Source: Gracilinanus agilis (Eukaryota). Taken from it: 64,000 nt of DNA. The stretch lies in contig NC_058133.1 in assembly GCF_016433145.1 (NCBI RefSeq), forward strand, positions 307,123,572-307,187,571, read 5' to 3'. The position numbers and the translations under genes are program-made. The notes beneath the pieces are model-generated. The model was given only the letters and a program-made list of their open reading frames with translations. It searched no databases and was not told the origin of the DNA. Below, one piece after another: positions 1-11,709 of the stretch (the stretch's first letter is position 1; each line of letters begins with the position of its first letter).

Positions 1-357
1 TATAATGGCAAGAATCCATGGAAATCAATCAGGTTTTCAGAACTAAATGCATTAATGAGCCTTCCCATCTAAGTCAAGGTTTGTTGTAGTATAGTGTACT
101 TGAGGACAACAAACTGCTGCACTGAGAACAATAGAAGCCTTTAATCGAACAAATCTGATTAAGACATTTTTCAGGAACACAAACAAGGCAACCCTTGTCA
201 TGTAACTGTGTAATGATATTTAAATAACAAAGTATGCATTCTATGATCACACAGTCTTTGGCAGTTTGTTGGGCACTTTATGGGTGGAGTGAGATGGTTC
301 TAACTTAATTGGGGATCATTTCCCATATTAAATAGATTTGACATTACACATAGAAAG

Positions 358-545
358 GGAGGCAGTGTGGAAGGAATATTGGCTTTAGAGTCAAGAGAAC
401 CCATGTTCAAAGTTTGCCTCTATTATTTAATATGTGTTTGACCTCAGGCAAGTAAAGATTCTTAAATACTCTAGCTCTCAGTATCATTTTCCATAAATTA
501 AAGGGGTTGAACTTGGAGATCACCAAAGTCTCTTTAACCTAGAAA
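358..545 (+). mobile_element. MIR/MIR3-type core SINE remnant
   Basis: GAGGCAGTGTGG...GGCTTTAGAGTCAAGAGAACCCATGTTCAAA head, TGACCTCAGGCAAGT core, and GGGGTTGAACTTGGAGATCACCAAAGTC tail match the MIR layout. Confidence 0.7.
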
Positions 546-2359
546 CATATAATAACAAATCTTTATGCTTCAGTGATCTATGATATTTCATCATTGTCAT
601 GATTCCCTACACTAATACAGATGTCAACTTCTTTGATCCAGGCAGAGGTTTTTTAGAGTCATTGTGCTAACAGTATTCATCTTCTTCCAGCCAACTTAAC
701 AATAAATTTTTCTAAAGTTAGCTAGACCAGTCATAAGATAATAGAATGTATATAGTCTGTTACATGTGCCAGTATTTAATACAATTTTCACTTAATAGGA
801 CTTATGATATCTTATATTCCACTGGCCTAACTTTAGAAAATCTAGAGTTACTTCGATATCATGAATGGAGTACCTATACACACATATACTATCATCTTAT
901 TTAGAAGTTTGAGGATCAAGTGAAAAATGCATATAACGTGCTTTATAAACATAAAACTAACAAAAATGTGTTATTTTAATAAGAGATCCATTAAAAATTC
1001 CTATGAATTACATTTCCTATTAGATATGCTCAATGATATTAGTGCTTTATAGAAAATTTTCAAATGAATTTTATTTTTTCTATGAGCTATTGTCTATCAT
1101 TTCAGAAATGTCACTTGTCAACTATGCCATTTTTCTTTGGTAAATAAAAAGCAGAACACTTTAATGGAGACTTTAAACTTAGCTTCACCTAGGTTTTCTT
1201 ATGTTTCAAGATACTTTAGCAGTGGAAATGTACTTTTGTCTGATCAGTAACAGATGACAAATTCTTTTATGTTTTCTTTGATTTTATTTCCTTGTAGAAA
1301 CTGATTGAGTTATACATCATGTGTGTTACAATGGAGGCAGCTTCATTTCATCAAAGTAAAACCCATTCTTGCTATTGAAATACTCCATTTCCTTTCTCTG
1401 TTTTCTTTTGGTTGTCAGAGTTGAACAGTGTTCTTTTCATTTATTTAAATGTCAGCAATTCCATATTCATTACTAGGTAATGTGCTTAAAGCAAATGATG
1501 TGAATTGAGGGGAGTGGAAAAAATAGTTGAGTACATTAAGCTGTTGATTTTTAACAATACAAGCAGGGAAGAAACAATATTGTAATTCTCTAGAAGCATT
1601 AGAGCTTGATATTTTAATAGATTTGTGGTTCTATCAAAATATGACAGATCCTTAGTTACAGGTGATCCAAATAGTGTAGTAGCTTTCCTTTGATTTTCTC
1701 AGTTTCCACATTTGCTATTGTTTTTTCTGTGGAAACCATATTTGCTTTTTGTATGTAATATGCAAATATATATGATGGTTGTATCTTAAAAGTAAAGACT
1801 TAACTGTAAAGGCACATGTGGTTTGCTGAATGGAGTCAGATTTTTCCTGAGATGAAAATCTAAAATACAAGGAGAAGAGAAGAAGGTAAGGTTAAAAAAA
1901 AGGTTACCTGTGGAAAGCTATAGAAAGGGCTAGGATAAGATTAGGGCTTATGAGGCCAATTGAGTAACCAGGCCTGGTTCAAAACCAAGAATTTTAAACT
2001 TCATGAAAAGGCACATAAAGGTCTGATGGGGAAGATTAAGAAAGCAGTTAGTGGAATGACAGGTCAAGAATTTAAAAAATTTCCTTTCTTGGTGAGTTTC
2101 CTGTTCCAGCTTCCTAATGAGTATATGTTTGGTCCCCTTCTTTATTTCTGCCCATTAGTCCTCAGCAATATGCTATTGATGTTTCCAGGATCTAAATACA
2201 TGGAGGTGAATAAAGGAAAGAAGAAGATAGAAATAATCTATGATACTTTGGACCTAGGTAGGCAAATAAGAGTCAAAAGTCCAAGTAGATCAATAAAATT
2301 AACAAATCAGCTAAAGTGATCCAGAGATATGACTTATTTTAAAGCAGAAGCTGATGAAA

Positions 2360-2361
<2 letters not shown>

Positions 2362-2400
<39 letters not shown>
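2362..2400. repeat. (TA)n microsatellite
   Basis: Uninterrupted TA run. Confidence 0.98.
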
Positions 2401-2403
<3 letters not shown>

Positions 2404-4959
2404 AAGACCTGTATGTTTATAGCCAGGAAAAAAAAGCAGAGGCCCACTGGTTGAGTAGAATAGACTTTCTGGTGTATTTTTCTAATTCACAACTATTATA
2501 CTATTGAGGATTTATGATCTTTGAGGAATTATTATGATATAATAATATAGAGGAAGGTAGGATCCATAATAAACAGGTCAAAGTAGTGACATAGAAATTC
2601 AATGTGGCCTCCAGAAACAGAATCTAATAAGTTAAAGCATTTTAGGATTGGAAGAAATTCGAGAAGTTACTCTGGTGTAATCCCTTCTAAATTAAACATT
2701 TCTTTAACAAATTAAACTTTTCATTAAAATGAGTTTATTTCATTGCAAAATACCTTTAACTCTAAATGTTAGGAAGTTGGGTTTTGTTTTGTTTTGTTTT
2801 GGTTTTTTTTTTAGCTGAGTCTTGACCCAGATCCAATACGATCTCTTTATATTGTTCATGGAAAACATTGAGCCTCTAGAGTCCCAGATCTTGCTCTAAG
2901 CTAGAATTCTAAGCTTAGTAGTTAGAGCAACCTCTTAACCTGATCAGCTTTTGAGCAGCAGACAAGGAATTGCTAAGAGAATAGTCCATCAAGATGGCCA
3001 GGGAGAGGAGGACAAAAGGAGAGCCCTATTTGTGTTGGTCTTTAAAAAATTGTACCCTGGGGAATGCATTCCCTACTCCTCCCTGGCTTCCCTTTTCTGA
3101 TATCATGGCATGGGTTTGTACTTAAATAGGCTGATCCTTCGCCAGGGAAGGGGTTGTTGGGTGTTTGTTGGTGGAGGTGGTTGTTGTTTTTCTTTTTAGC
3201 TGGGGCTCAAGTAGGTTTCTCCTAGCACCCCGTTCTCTAGCTTTTACCCCTTTTCCCTTTTCTAAATGTGGAATAATCTCCTTGATTTATGTTTTACCTC
3301 AACCAGTAGAGGCTGTGTGATCTTGGACAAACCACTTATTATATTAATGAACCAGGAAACTTTCTCATGATAATTTGCAAAACATTTGCTGATCTACATT
3401 GGTTTCTACCAAATTCCAAATGCCAAATTCTTTGGGAATTTCTTCCACTAATGAACTCATAGATTTGGGAAAAATGACAAAAATAACCGCAAATGGAAAA
3501 AAATCTCAAATTTTATTTTCCCATAATAAAAAGGGAAACTACATTCTGGCTCCATTGTGAAGAGGGCAGGTTTCCAATGTTAATAGCTTTACTTAACATG
3601 ATATGGGAAAGTTTCAAGCCATGGTACCTAATCATAGAAACTCATTCAAAACGAATCCAAGAGAGACTAGACCAGAAAAACTGAAAGACTAAAGGAGTTT
3701 TTTTTAAAGAAGTTGAGGGGCATAGAGTGATGATGAAACCAATAATTAAATCTAGTTCTATTCTTTATAAACATTGACCTCATTAATTTATTTTAGGTGA
3801 CCTAGTTTAAAAAGAGTTACACTTTCTCCATCACTACTTAAGCTCTTCCAGAAATGAATTAGTCCTTTTCTTGTATGTACTTTTCAGGCTTCACTTCTTG
3901 AGCATTCTAAAAAGAAATCAAGTGTTACAGCAGTAATTTTCAAGCATCATAATTATTGCTAATACAGAAACTATATACAATCTAACACTAAGTGTTATTT
4001 AGAAAGTATTTTGAAGTTTCAAAATGTTTACATTCAGTGTACAAGTTCGACGACTCTTTGAAGTGTATGACTTTTGAGCTTTCAGTTATTCAGAGGTATT
4101 CGTTGACTTTGACAGTGACAGAAAGCCAATGTTTTAAACAGACTATAAATTTTCAGTGTCAACAAAAAAGTGATGAAAATAGAAATGCAAAGTTAGTTTT
4201 GATAATTTTGGATAAACAGATATATTCTAGAATGAACTTTAAGGCAATTGATTAAAAATTTCACAGAGATTAAAAAAATAAAGCAAAAGCTTTAAAAAGA
4301 AACTACAAAAGAAATTAGACAATTATAGTCACTTCAAATTTAAGGTACATAGCCTAGACCTTGATTGCTAGAACCACCCTCAGTACAGCTTGACAATCTT
4401 TTTAATCTCTATGTATCAACTTCCTATTCCATTCCCAAAATATTATAAATCTTTTCTTCTTTCCTCAAACCTTAAATGATATCTTTTTTCTTTTTATCTT
4501 ATAACAGATGATACCCTCCTACCTCTCTAAACCTCTCTAAGACTAAGGTCACTGGGTATGTTTCCTGAATTCACTTCTTATATTCTTCAAAACTTCTCAA
4601 CATATCATCAATTTCTTTTCTTTCTCTCTGCTCAAACAAGAAGTGGTATCTTTATAATTTACTATAGCTGATAGCTCTGATATTCTATTGTCTTCTTTAA
4701 GATCTGAGTCTGGCAGACTCTTCTTTTTTCCCCATATATCTTTAATACTTCTAAGTTATACTAGCATCCCATTCTCATCTTCTCAAAGACACATAAAGTC
4801 CTCATGCCTTCATTTAAAAAAAAGTCATTCCGTGGCACTTTTATTCCATCTAGAAATAAGGTATAAAGATGTAATGAGAAAATAAAAATTGTTAGTACCA
4901 CTGAATCTCAATATTGTTATTGTTGTTGTTAACAGGAGCAGCTAGTAGTAATAATAGTG

Positions 4960-5205
4960 AGGCAGAGGTGACACAGTGGAGAGTCTCAGGCCTTGAGTGA
5001 GGAAGATTTCAAATCTGACTTTCGATACTTTTTAGCTATATAACTCAGGCCAAGTGACTTAACCCCATTTGCCTCAGTTTCATCATCTGTAAAATGATCT
5101 GGAAAAGGAAGTAGCAGTGTCCAGCAATATTCAATATATTTGCCAAGAAAACCATAAACAGGGTCACAGAGTTGGATGTGATTGAAAAATGAGTGAACGA
5201 CAGAA
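4960..5205 (+). mobile_element. MAR1-type marsupial SINE (MIR core + RTE-like 3' tail)
   Basis: Core CAAGTGACTTAACCCCATTTGCCTCAGTTTCATCATCTGTAAAATGA followed by the RTE-like tail TTTGCCAAGAAAACC...GGGTCACAGAGTTGGATGTGATTGAA. Confidence 0.75.
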
Positions 5206-7759
5206 CCAAGAACTATAATAATGTCTAGAGTAATATAATAAGTCTAAGCTAGACTGAATAGTTTGAATCCACATATTTTTCTAAAAGTTAAATATAGCTT
5301 TACCTTCCTGACATAAGAATATCCAGAATGCTACTCTATACTGAGCCATACAGAGTGAGAATGTAACTCATGAGAAATAGCTCATGACTTCTCCCCAAAG
5401 CTTTTCTTTTACCCCTACACCAAGAGGGCACATAGTTCCAAGCAAACTTCATTTAACTATAAGGTATCCTTTGCACACTCAGAAGGATATTTGGTCTACA
5501 TCAGACTTAAAGGTAGAACACCTCAGTCCCATGCTGTATATTAGCCACCAGGCGACACTTTCATTCTGCATAGTTTGGCATATGTAAATTGTTCCTGGCA
5601 TTCTCAACCCTAAGCCTCCTTTTCTCTAACTCAGTGCACTTGCAAGCAGGGCCGCTATTTCTGAATCTCCCACTTGCTGTCTCCATCCCAGTGCTTTCCT
5701 AGATTCCTATGAAATCTAGGGGTGTGAATATTGTCAAAAATAACTTTAAATTTATCAAATGATAAAGTTCTCATCCCAAAGAATCTTAATCTCTTTTTCA
5801 ATTTGATATGACTCCTAAAAGATTCCTCCATGCCAATAACTTAAAGCCATGGGAAACCTGGCAGTTATGGGTCACTTGTCTATCTGTAGGGAGACACGAA
5901 GACTGCATAATATCCACTCTAGAAGAGAGATGGTCTGTGCATAGTAAGAACATTATTCTCTCCATAGTCAAAAAAATTCACTCGCCTTGAAAAAACTCAA
6001 TGAAGGTTTGCTTAATAATTGCAACCAGACATCACAAGAATAAAAAATGATTATGAACTTTAAAAAAATCGTTATCTAAACAAGTAAACATGCCATGATT
6101 CCGTTTATATTAAATCCACAGTGACCATTGCATGCAGTAGAGACCACAGTGTCAAGCATCTTTTGACCAACAATTTCAATGATTAAATGGCTAAATATAT
6201 TGAAATAGAAATTTCTTGAAACCTGAAATTTGTGAAAATTCTTAGATATACTGATTGCTTGACTGAGGGTAGAGTTTTCAGTCTTACCCTCCTTTGTCTA
6301 TCTGCCAGGTCACCCAACCTTCTCCTGTGAAGTCCCTTTCATCTCAAAAGATATGGGACTATAAGCATCTCTGGGTAACAATACCTGCTGCCTTGCAGGT
6401 AGACACCAAGTCTCCATGATAACTACTTTAGGATTGGGTTGATCTGTGCAGAGAAGACTATATAGTAATTCCTGTGGTCATCAACTTTGTACTCTCTTGA
6501 AAAATAAACTGAAGGTGTCATAAGTGTGAAAAAGAGATTAAATTATATAATTCCTAAATCACAATGAATCGCCTCATGGTATAATTTACCTCAATTTCAC
6601 ATTGGTTGTACATATCTTCAAAAGGACAATACAAAGTATTTTTGGCATATTATTTCATAAAATCTAAATCATATGGGAAATATGCTACTTCAAACTTAGA
6701 ATTTTGAGCATTCTGATTCATTCCTGAATGGTTATCTCTGTCTTATGTCTACTTAGTCATGTAGCCTTTCCCAGAAAATCCCACGAAGGAAAGAAAAACA
6801 AAACAAAACAGAGGAAGTCAGATATACATCCCTGAGTAATGGGACCCTGCCAGCATGTAAACAACAAATCTATAGTAACCACTCTAGGGCTAGGTTGATT
6901 ACAAGTAAGGACTGTTTTTCCTTAGAGTCGATTGTTATTCATTCCCTTGCATATATAGCAAAGTTATTTGTAATATCTGTGAAAGAGATGTCACACAAAG
7001 TAAAAAACAAAAACAGAAAAGGTAAAATAAGCAAGATAATATGCAGTTATTTATCCCATGGTACCACTTATTTTAAATATGTATTAACATTAAATTCACT
7101 AGACAACCCAATACAAAACATCACTTCATGGACTGTTTGGTGAAGATATGCAGATTAATTGAATTACTTGAACTTCATCACTTGAACTTCAGTAATGCTT
7201 GTCTGCCTATAGATAGATGTTTCCACGTCTCCCATTTTGCTGGTTGGCCTGGTCCACAGAGTTTCTCTTTGGAAGTAGATTTGAATTCAAAAGCCACAGG
7301 AGCTCTGGTGACAATAAGTAATACCTACATGTTTATATGGAGACAACAGATCACTATGGTAACTTTTATAGGAGTTATCAGATCGATCTGTATACAGGCA
7401 AGAAATTTATTTCTCCCCATGGCTAACAATTTTGTTCTCCTTTAAAAGATAAGTTAAGGAATATGAGAAATGCTCAAATAAGAGTCACACACACATATAT
7501 TTTAAATTGGCATTTAAAATAACAAGGATGATTGTACACACATCACAAATAAAATTAAAAAAAAAACAAAATTCAAAAAATTCAGATTCAGTGGTTCAGT
7601 ATCAGAATGAGAAGGAAAGGACAAAAGGACAGGCTGATTAAGTGCCTACTTTGTGCCAAGTGAACTCCCTCTTCTCAGTTCTTCCTAGTCTCTTATCACA
7701 GAATTGTGTTGTTACTTTCTCCTCTTTGATCGTTGTTCTACATGATGAGGTAGCCTTAT

Positions 7760-9130
7760 TTTTTATTAGGCTAACCCTTCTACTGGATCAAGAGATCCTA
7801 TTCCATCCCATCTCCTTCAATATATTGTCCCTCTGTCATCCCCATATACTAATTTACAATCTTTCTTTCTCGGCCAGTTCATTTCCGACTTTCTATAAAT
7901 ATGTACAACTTCCTCCTGAAAACAGAAAAACAACAAAACTCCTTACTTCATCCTTCCATCTCTGTTAACCATCACTCTGTATCTCCGCTGCCCTATGCAG
8001 TTAAACGTCTCAAAAAGTCTATATGTCTCTGTTTTTTTCTCTGCTCACCCTCAACATCTCTTCTTACAATCTGAGACCCAGCTGTTTTTAAGGACACTAA
8101 TACAATGCTAGTGAAACTGTCAATGGACCTAACCATTTTGGAGAGCAATTTGGAATTATACTCAAAGAGTTAAACAACTACTTACATTTTGACCCCGTAA
8201 TAATACTATTAGATTTATTTCCTAAGGTGATGCAAAAGGAAAATAAACTATATGTCCTAAAATATTTACAGAAATTCTTTTCATAATAGCAAATAACTAG
8301 AAACTAAAAAAATGTTCATCAATTGGGGAATGGCTAACCAAGTTATATGTAGTATATGGTTGTAATGGAATATTATTGTGCCATTATAAATGACAAACAA
8401 GATGACCACAAACTGTATGATGATCAACATTGTTAGTGATATATAGAATTATTGATAAATTGTGTGTGCTTATTTTATATGCAGTTACTTTTATACAGTT
8501 ATTGATAGTTTCAATAAATTTTAGTTGAATCTCTAGGATTTTCTGTGTATATCATTATATCATCTGAGAAAAGAGAATTTCTTGAATACACTTCCTTTGC
8601 TCTTCTGACACTGACTGTGCAGTTCTTAATCATCTTATCCTCTGATTAGTTCAATAGTCTACTTGTGGGCATGCCTGATTCATGTTTTTTTCCCTATTCC
8701 AAACCATTCTCCACTCAGCCATGAAACAGATTATACTAAATGCAGGTCCAGTCATGTCACCCCTCTACTCAAAAACCCCAGTGTCTTCCTTTTACCTCCA
8801 AGAACAAATATAAAATGATATCTTTGGTATTCAAATTTATTTAAATTCAGTAAACATTTATTAAGGCACCTACTATGATCCAGGTACTGTGCTAAGCCCT
8901 AATGATACAGAGACAAAATGAAATTCTTACCCCTCCTGGCCCCCTTTTTTCTTTCTAGTCTTTTTATATCTAGCTTATCAACATGTACTCTTTCATCCAG
9001 GGACACTGATCTCTTGGCTCTTTCACAATTGCAGTACTGCATCTCTTAACTCCTGCATTTTCTCTCTCTCTCACTGAACTCATGTCTTTCTGTCTCCATA
9101 TCCAGAGTCCTATCCATTCTGCTTAAGCTG
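7760..9130 (+). mobile_element. L2 LINE remnants (split by an L1 piece), inside the array gap
   Basis: Pyrimidine-rich L2 ORF2-like text at 7760-8100. L2 3'-region text CCAAACCATTCTCCACTCAGCC...CATGTCACCCCTCTACTCAAAAACC at ~8700-8780. An oppositely oriented L2 tail, AAACATTTATTAAGGCACCTACTATGATCCAGGTACTGTGCTAAG, at ~8852-8896. Confidence 0.65.
8100..8405 (+). mobile_element. L1 ORF2 C-terminal remnant
   Basis: AACCATTTTGGAGAGCAATTTGGAATTAT...CATCAATTGGGGAATGGCTAACCAAGTT...AATGGAATATTATTGTGCC is the L1 3' ORF2 region. Confidence 0.8.
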
Positions 9131-10857
9131 CCTCTTGCAGGATTTATTACTTGAAACTTGGAACTTGAGGAAATCTATATAGGCAACCTGCTTGCCTGTA
9201 AATAGGAATTTCTATTTTTTTCTACTTTTTCTATCTGCCTGGTCATGCAACATTTTTCAGATCAGTCTCTTTAAAGTTCAAAATCAACAACTTAGAAATC
9301 TCTAGGTAATACCTGCCTGTCTGAAGGTAGACACCAAATCTCCATGTTATCCGTCTCAGGACTAGGTTGATTTGTGCACAAATAAAAATCATTTCTCCAT
9401 GACAATTCAATAAAATACAGAATTTCTAAACTCAAAGAAGAGCAGTGACAAACCATTGAAATGTCTTCTGGCTTAAAGTTCTGCTTAAATGCTAAAATCA
9501 CTTCTTGCTATACTTGGGGAATACAATTGTACATTTAAATATGCAGTTGTCTTCCTTAGTACTTATGAAATACAAATTTCATGACCTAAATATTGTTATT
9601 AGTCTTAAACTCAGCTGGATGGCAACTATTGGACTTGAAGTCTGTCTTTATTTTACATTAACTCTTTTAGGTGAACTGTCATATTTCAAAATTCTAATAA
9701 ACAGAGAGTCTCTTACAAATAGTTGAAAAAGAAAGGGGGAAATTAATGTTTTTCAAGAATTTTCTAAATATGGAAATGAGTTCTAAAATAAGTATTGCTT
9801 TCAACTGTCTGTTATAGAGTAAATATACTGAATTGTATATTCCCTTTCAAAATAAACTGAAGTATAAACATTTGGTTTTAGGTGCCCAAAGAGTTAGAAA
9901 AAGAAGTTAATACTTACAAGTATGATTATTACATTACTACAGGTAGCATTTGATGCTGTTATTTAAAAATAATGTTTATACAAGCATCAGAAGTAATCAT
10001 TTTGAGATAAATTTTACCTTAAATTTATATTAATATTATATGTAAGAAAAAAACCAGTGCAAAACATTTCTTAACATACTGCTTCAATGGTTCAATACCA
10101 ATATCATATGCAGGGTATGTTACGTGATTAGGGAATTCTAACTAAATGCCTCTCTGTCCATGAGTACATGTTTTCAGGTCTCCCTTTTTTGTATGTCTAG
10201 CCATCCAGAATTTTTCTAGAATTGGTATTTCTAAGCTCAAAATTCACTAGATCTTAGGAATTTCTTGGTATTACTTACCTGTCTGCAGGTAAACATCAAG
10301 TCTCCATGGTAACTACTCTTGGGAAAGGTTGATCCATTCAGAAGCATGAATCTGTCCTCCTCCTAGACAAAAAAATGTTTCAATCTTTCCAAAAGCATGA
10401 AGATACAAAATAGGTATCACAAAAATATCAAAATGTAAATTCCAACAGTCAAAAAAAGGAATAATTATGCCAACATTAAAAGCAATCATCCCATGATATT
10501 CTTAATATCTAATTAACATTAATCACTGCTTGTGGCAGAGCAAAAAAGAAAACATTATTTGGCACGTTTTAAATGCTCATTGTCCATAACAATGCATAGC
10601 AAGCAGGATATATTGCTTGAAACATAATATTTGGGAAATTTTTATTAATGTCATCCTGCTGTAGGAATATCTCTTCGATACCGTTCTCAGTTTTTCTTCT
10701 CCTTGTCACCCTGACAATATAAACCTTTACTTGAAAGATGGCTTCAGTGTTTCAATACTGACATATGTTGTATCTGAGTTGAAATTTGGAAAATTCTACT
10801 TAAATGCCTTTGTGCCTGTGTGTATATGCATTTCCAAGTCTACTCTTTTGTCTACAT

Positions 10858-11049
10858 CAGTGGTTCCCAAACTTTTTTGGACTATCGCCCCCTTTCCAGA
10901 AAAAATATTACTTAGCCCCCTGGAAATTAATTTTTTTCAATTTTAATAGCAATAAATAGGAAAAATAAATGCACCTGTAGCAATCACCACCTCCCTGGAT
11001 CGCTGCAGCACCCACCAGGGGGTGGTAGCATCCACTTTGGAAATCACTG
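10858..11049 (+). mobile_element. hAT/Charlie-type MITE (family A), 192 bp
   Basis: TIRs CAGTGGTTCCCAAA / TTTGGAAATCACTG; 8-bp TSD GTCTACAT / GTCTATAT (one mismatch), resembling the NTCTAGAN target typical of Charlie elements. Confidence 0.92.
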
Positions 11050-11538
11050 GTCTATATGGACATTCAATCTTCTCTTTGAAAGATCTTTCAATGACCAAAA
11101 TCCAGAAGATTTTAGGAATGTTTAGTTATTACTTGCCTATCTGCAGGTAGATAGGAAGTTTCCATACTAACTAATCTTGGGGGAAATTTATTTATCTAGA
11201 AACATGGAATATCTTTCTTATGCGGAACAAACTATTATTGCTTCTTCCAAATGTATCTGAGATATGCTTGACTTTTGCAAGTTGATATCACACAACCAAA
11301 ATTCAAAATAATTATCAGCAGACAAAGTAATAGAAACAAATAGCTCAAAATCACAAATCATAATTCCAAGGAACTATTTTTACTAAATCCACATTAAGCA
11401 TTCCATGCCATGGACAACATGTTGCAAACTAGTCCTTGAAAGATTCTTTTAGTTGCCTAATGTATGTAACCTATGAAAGCTATATTACTTGAAACTTTGG
11501 CCCATTGGATCTGTAGGTAATGTACTCATGCTCTAGAG

Positions 11539-11709
11539 CAGTGATTCCAAAAGTGGGCACCACCGCCCCCTGGTGGGTGCTGCAGCAATCCAGGGGCACA
11601 GTGATGGCCACAAGTGCATTTGAGGGTGGTGATAGTATGTGACAGGGGGCGCTAAGTAATATTTTTTCTGGAAAGAAGGAGGCAGGCCAAAACAGTTTGG
11701 GAACCACTG
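11539..11709 (-). mobile_element. hAT/Charlie-type MITE (family A), 171 bp
   Basis: TIRs CAGTGATTCCAAAA / TTTGGGAACCACTG; perfect TSD CTCTAGAG; reverse-complement homologue of 10858-11049 with a different central segment. Confidence 0.94.

Noticed and set aside
1960-2319. 119-aa ORF and the other short ORFs in the supplied track
   Set aside because: No recognisable domains and compositions typical of AT-rich chance ORFs; those with meaning (18164-18601, 26696-26929, 30379-31116, 32365-32889, 63412-63789) overlap transposon remnants.
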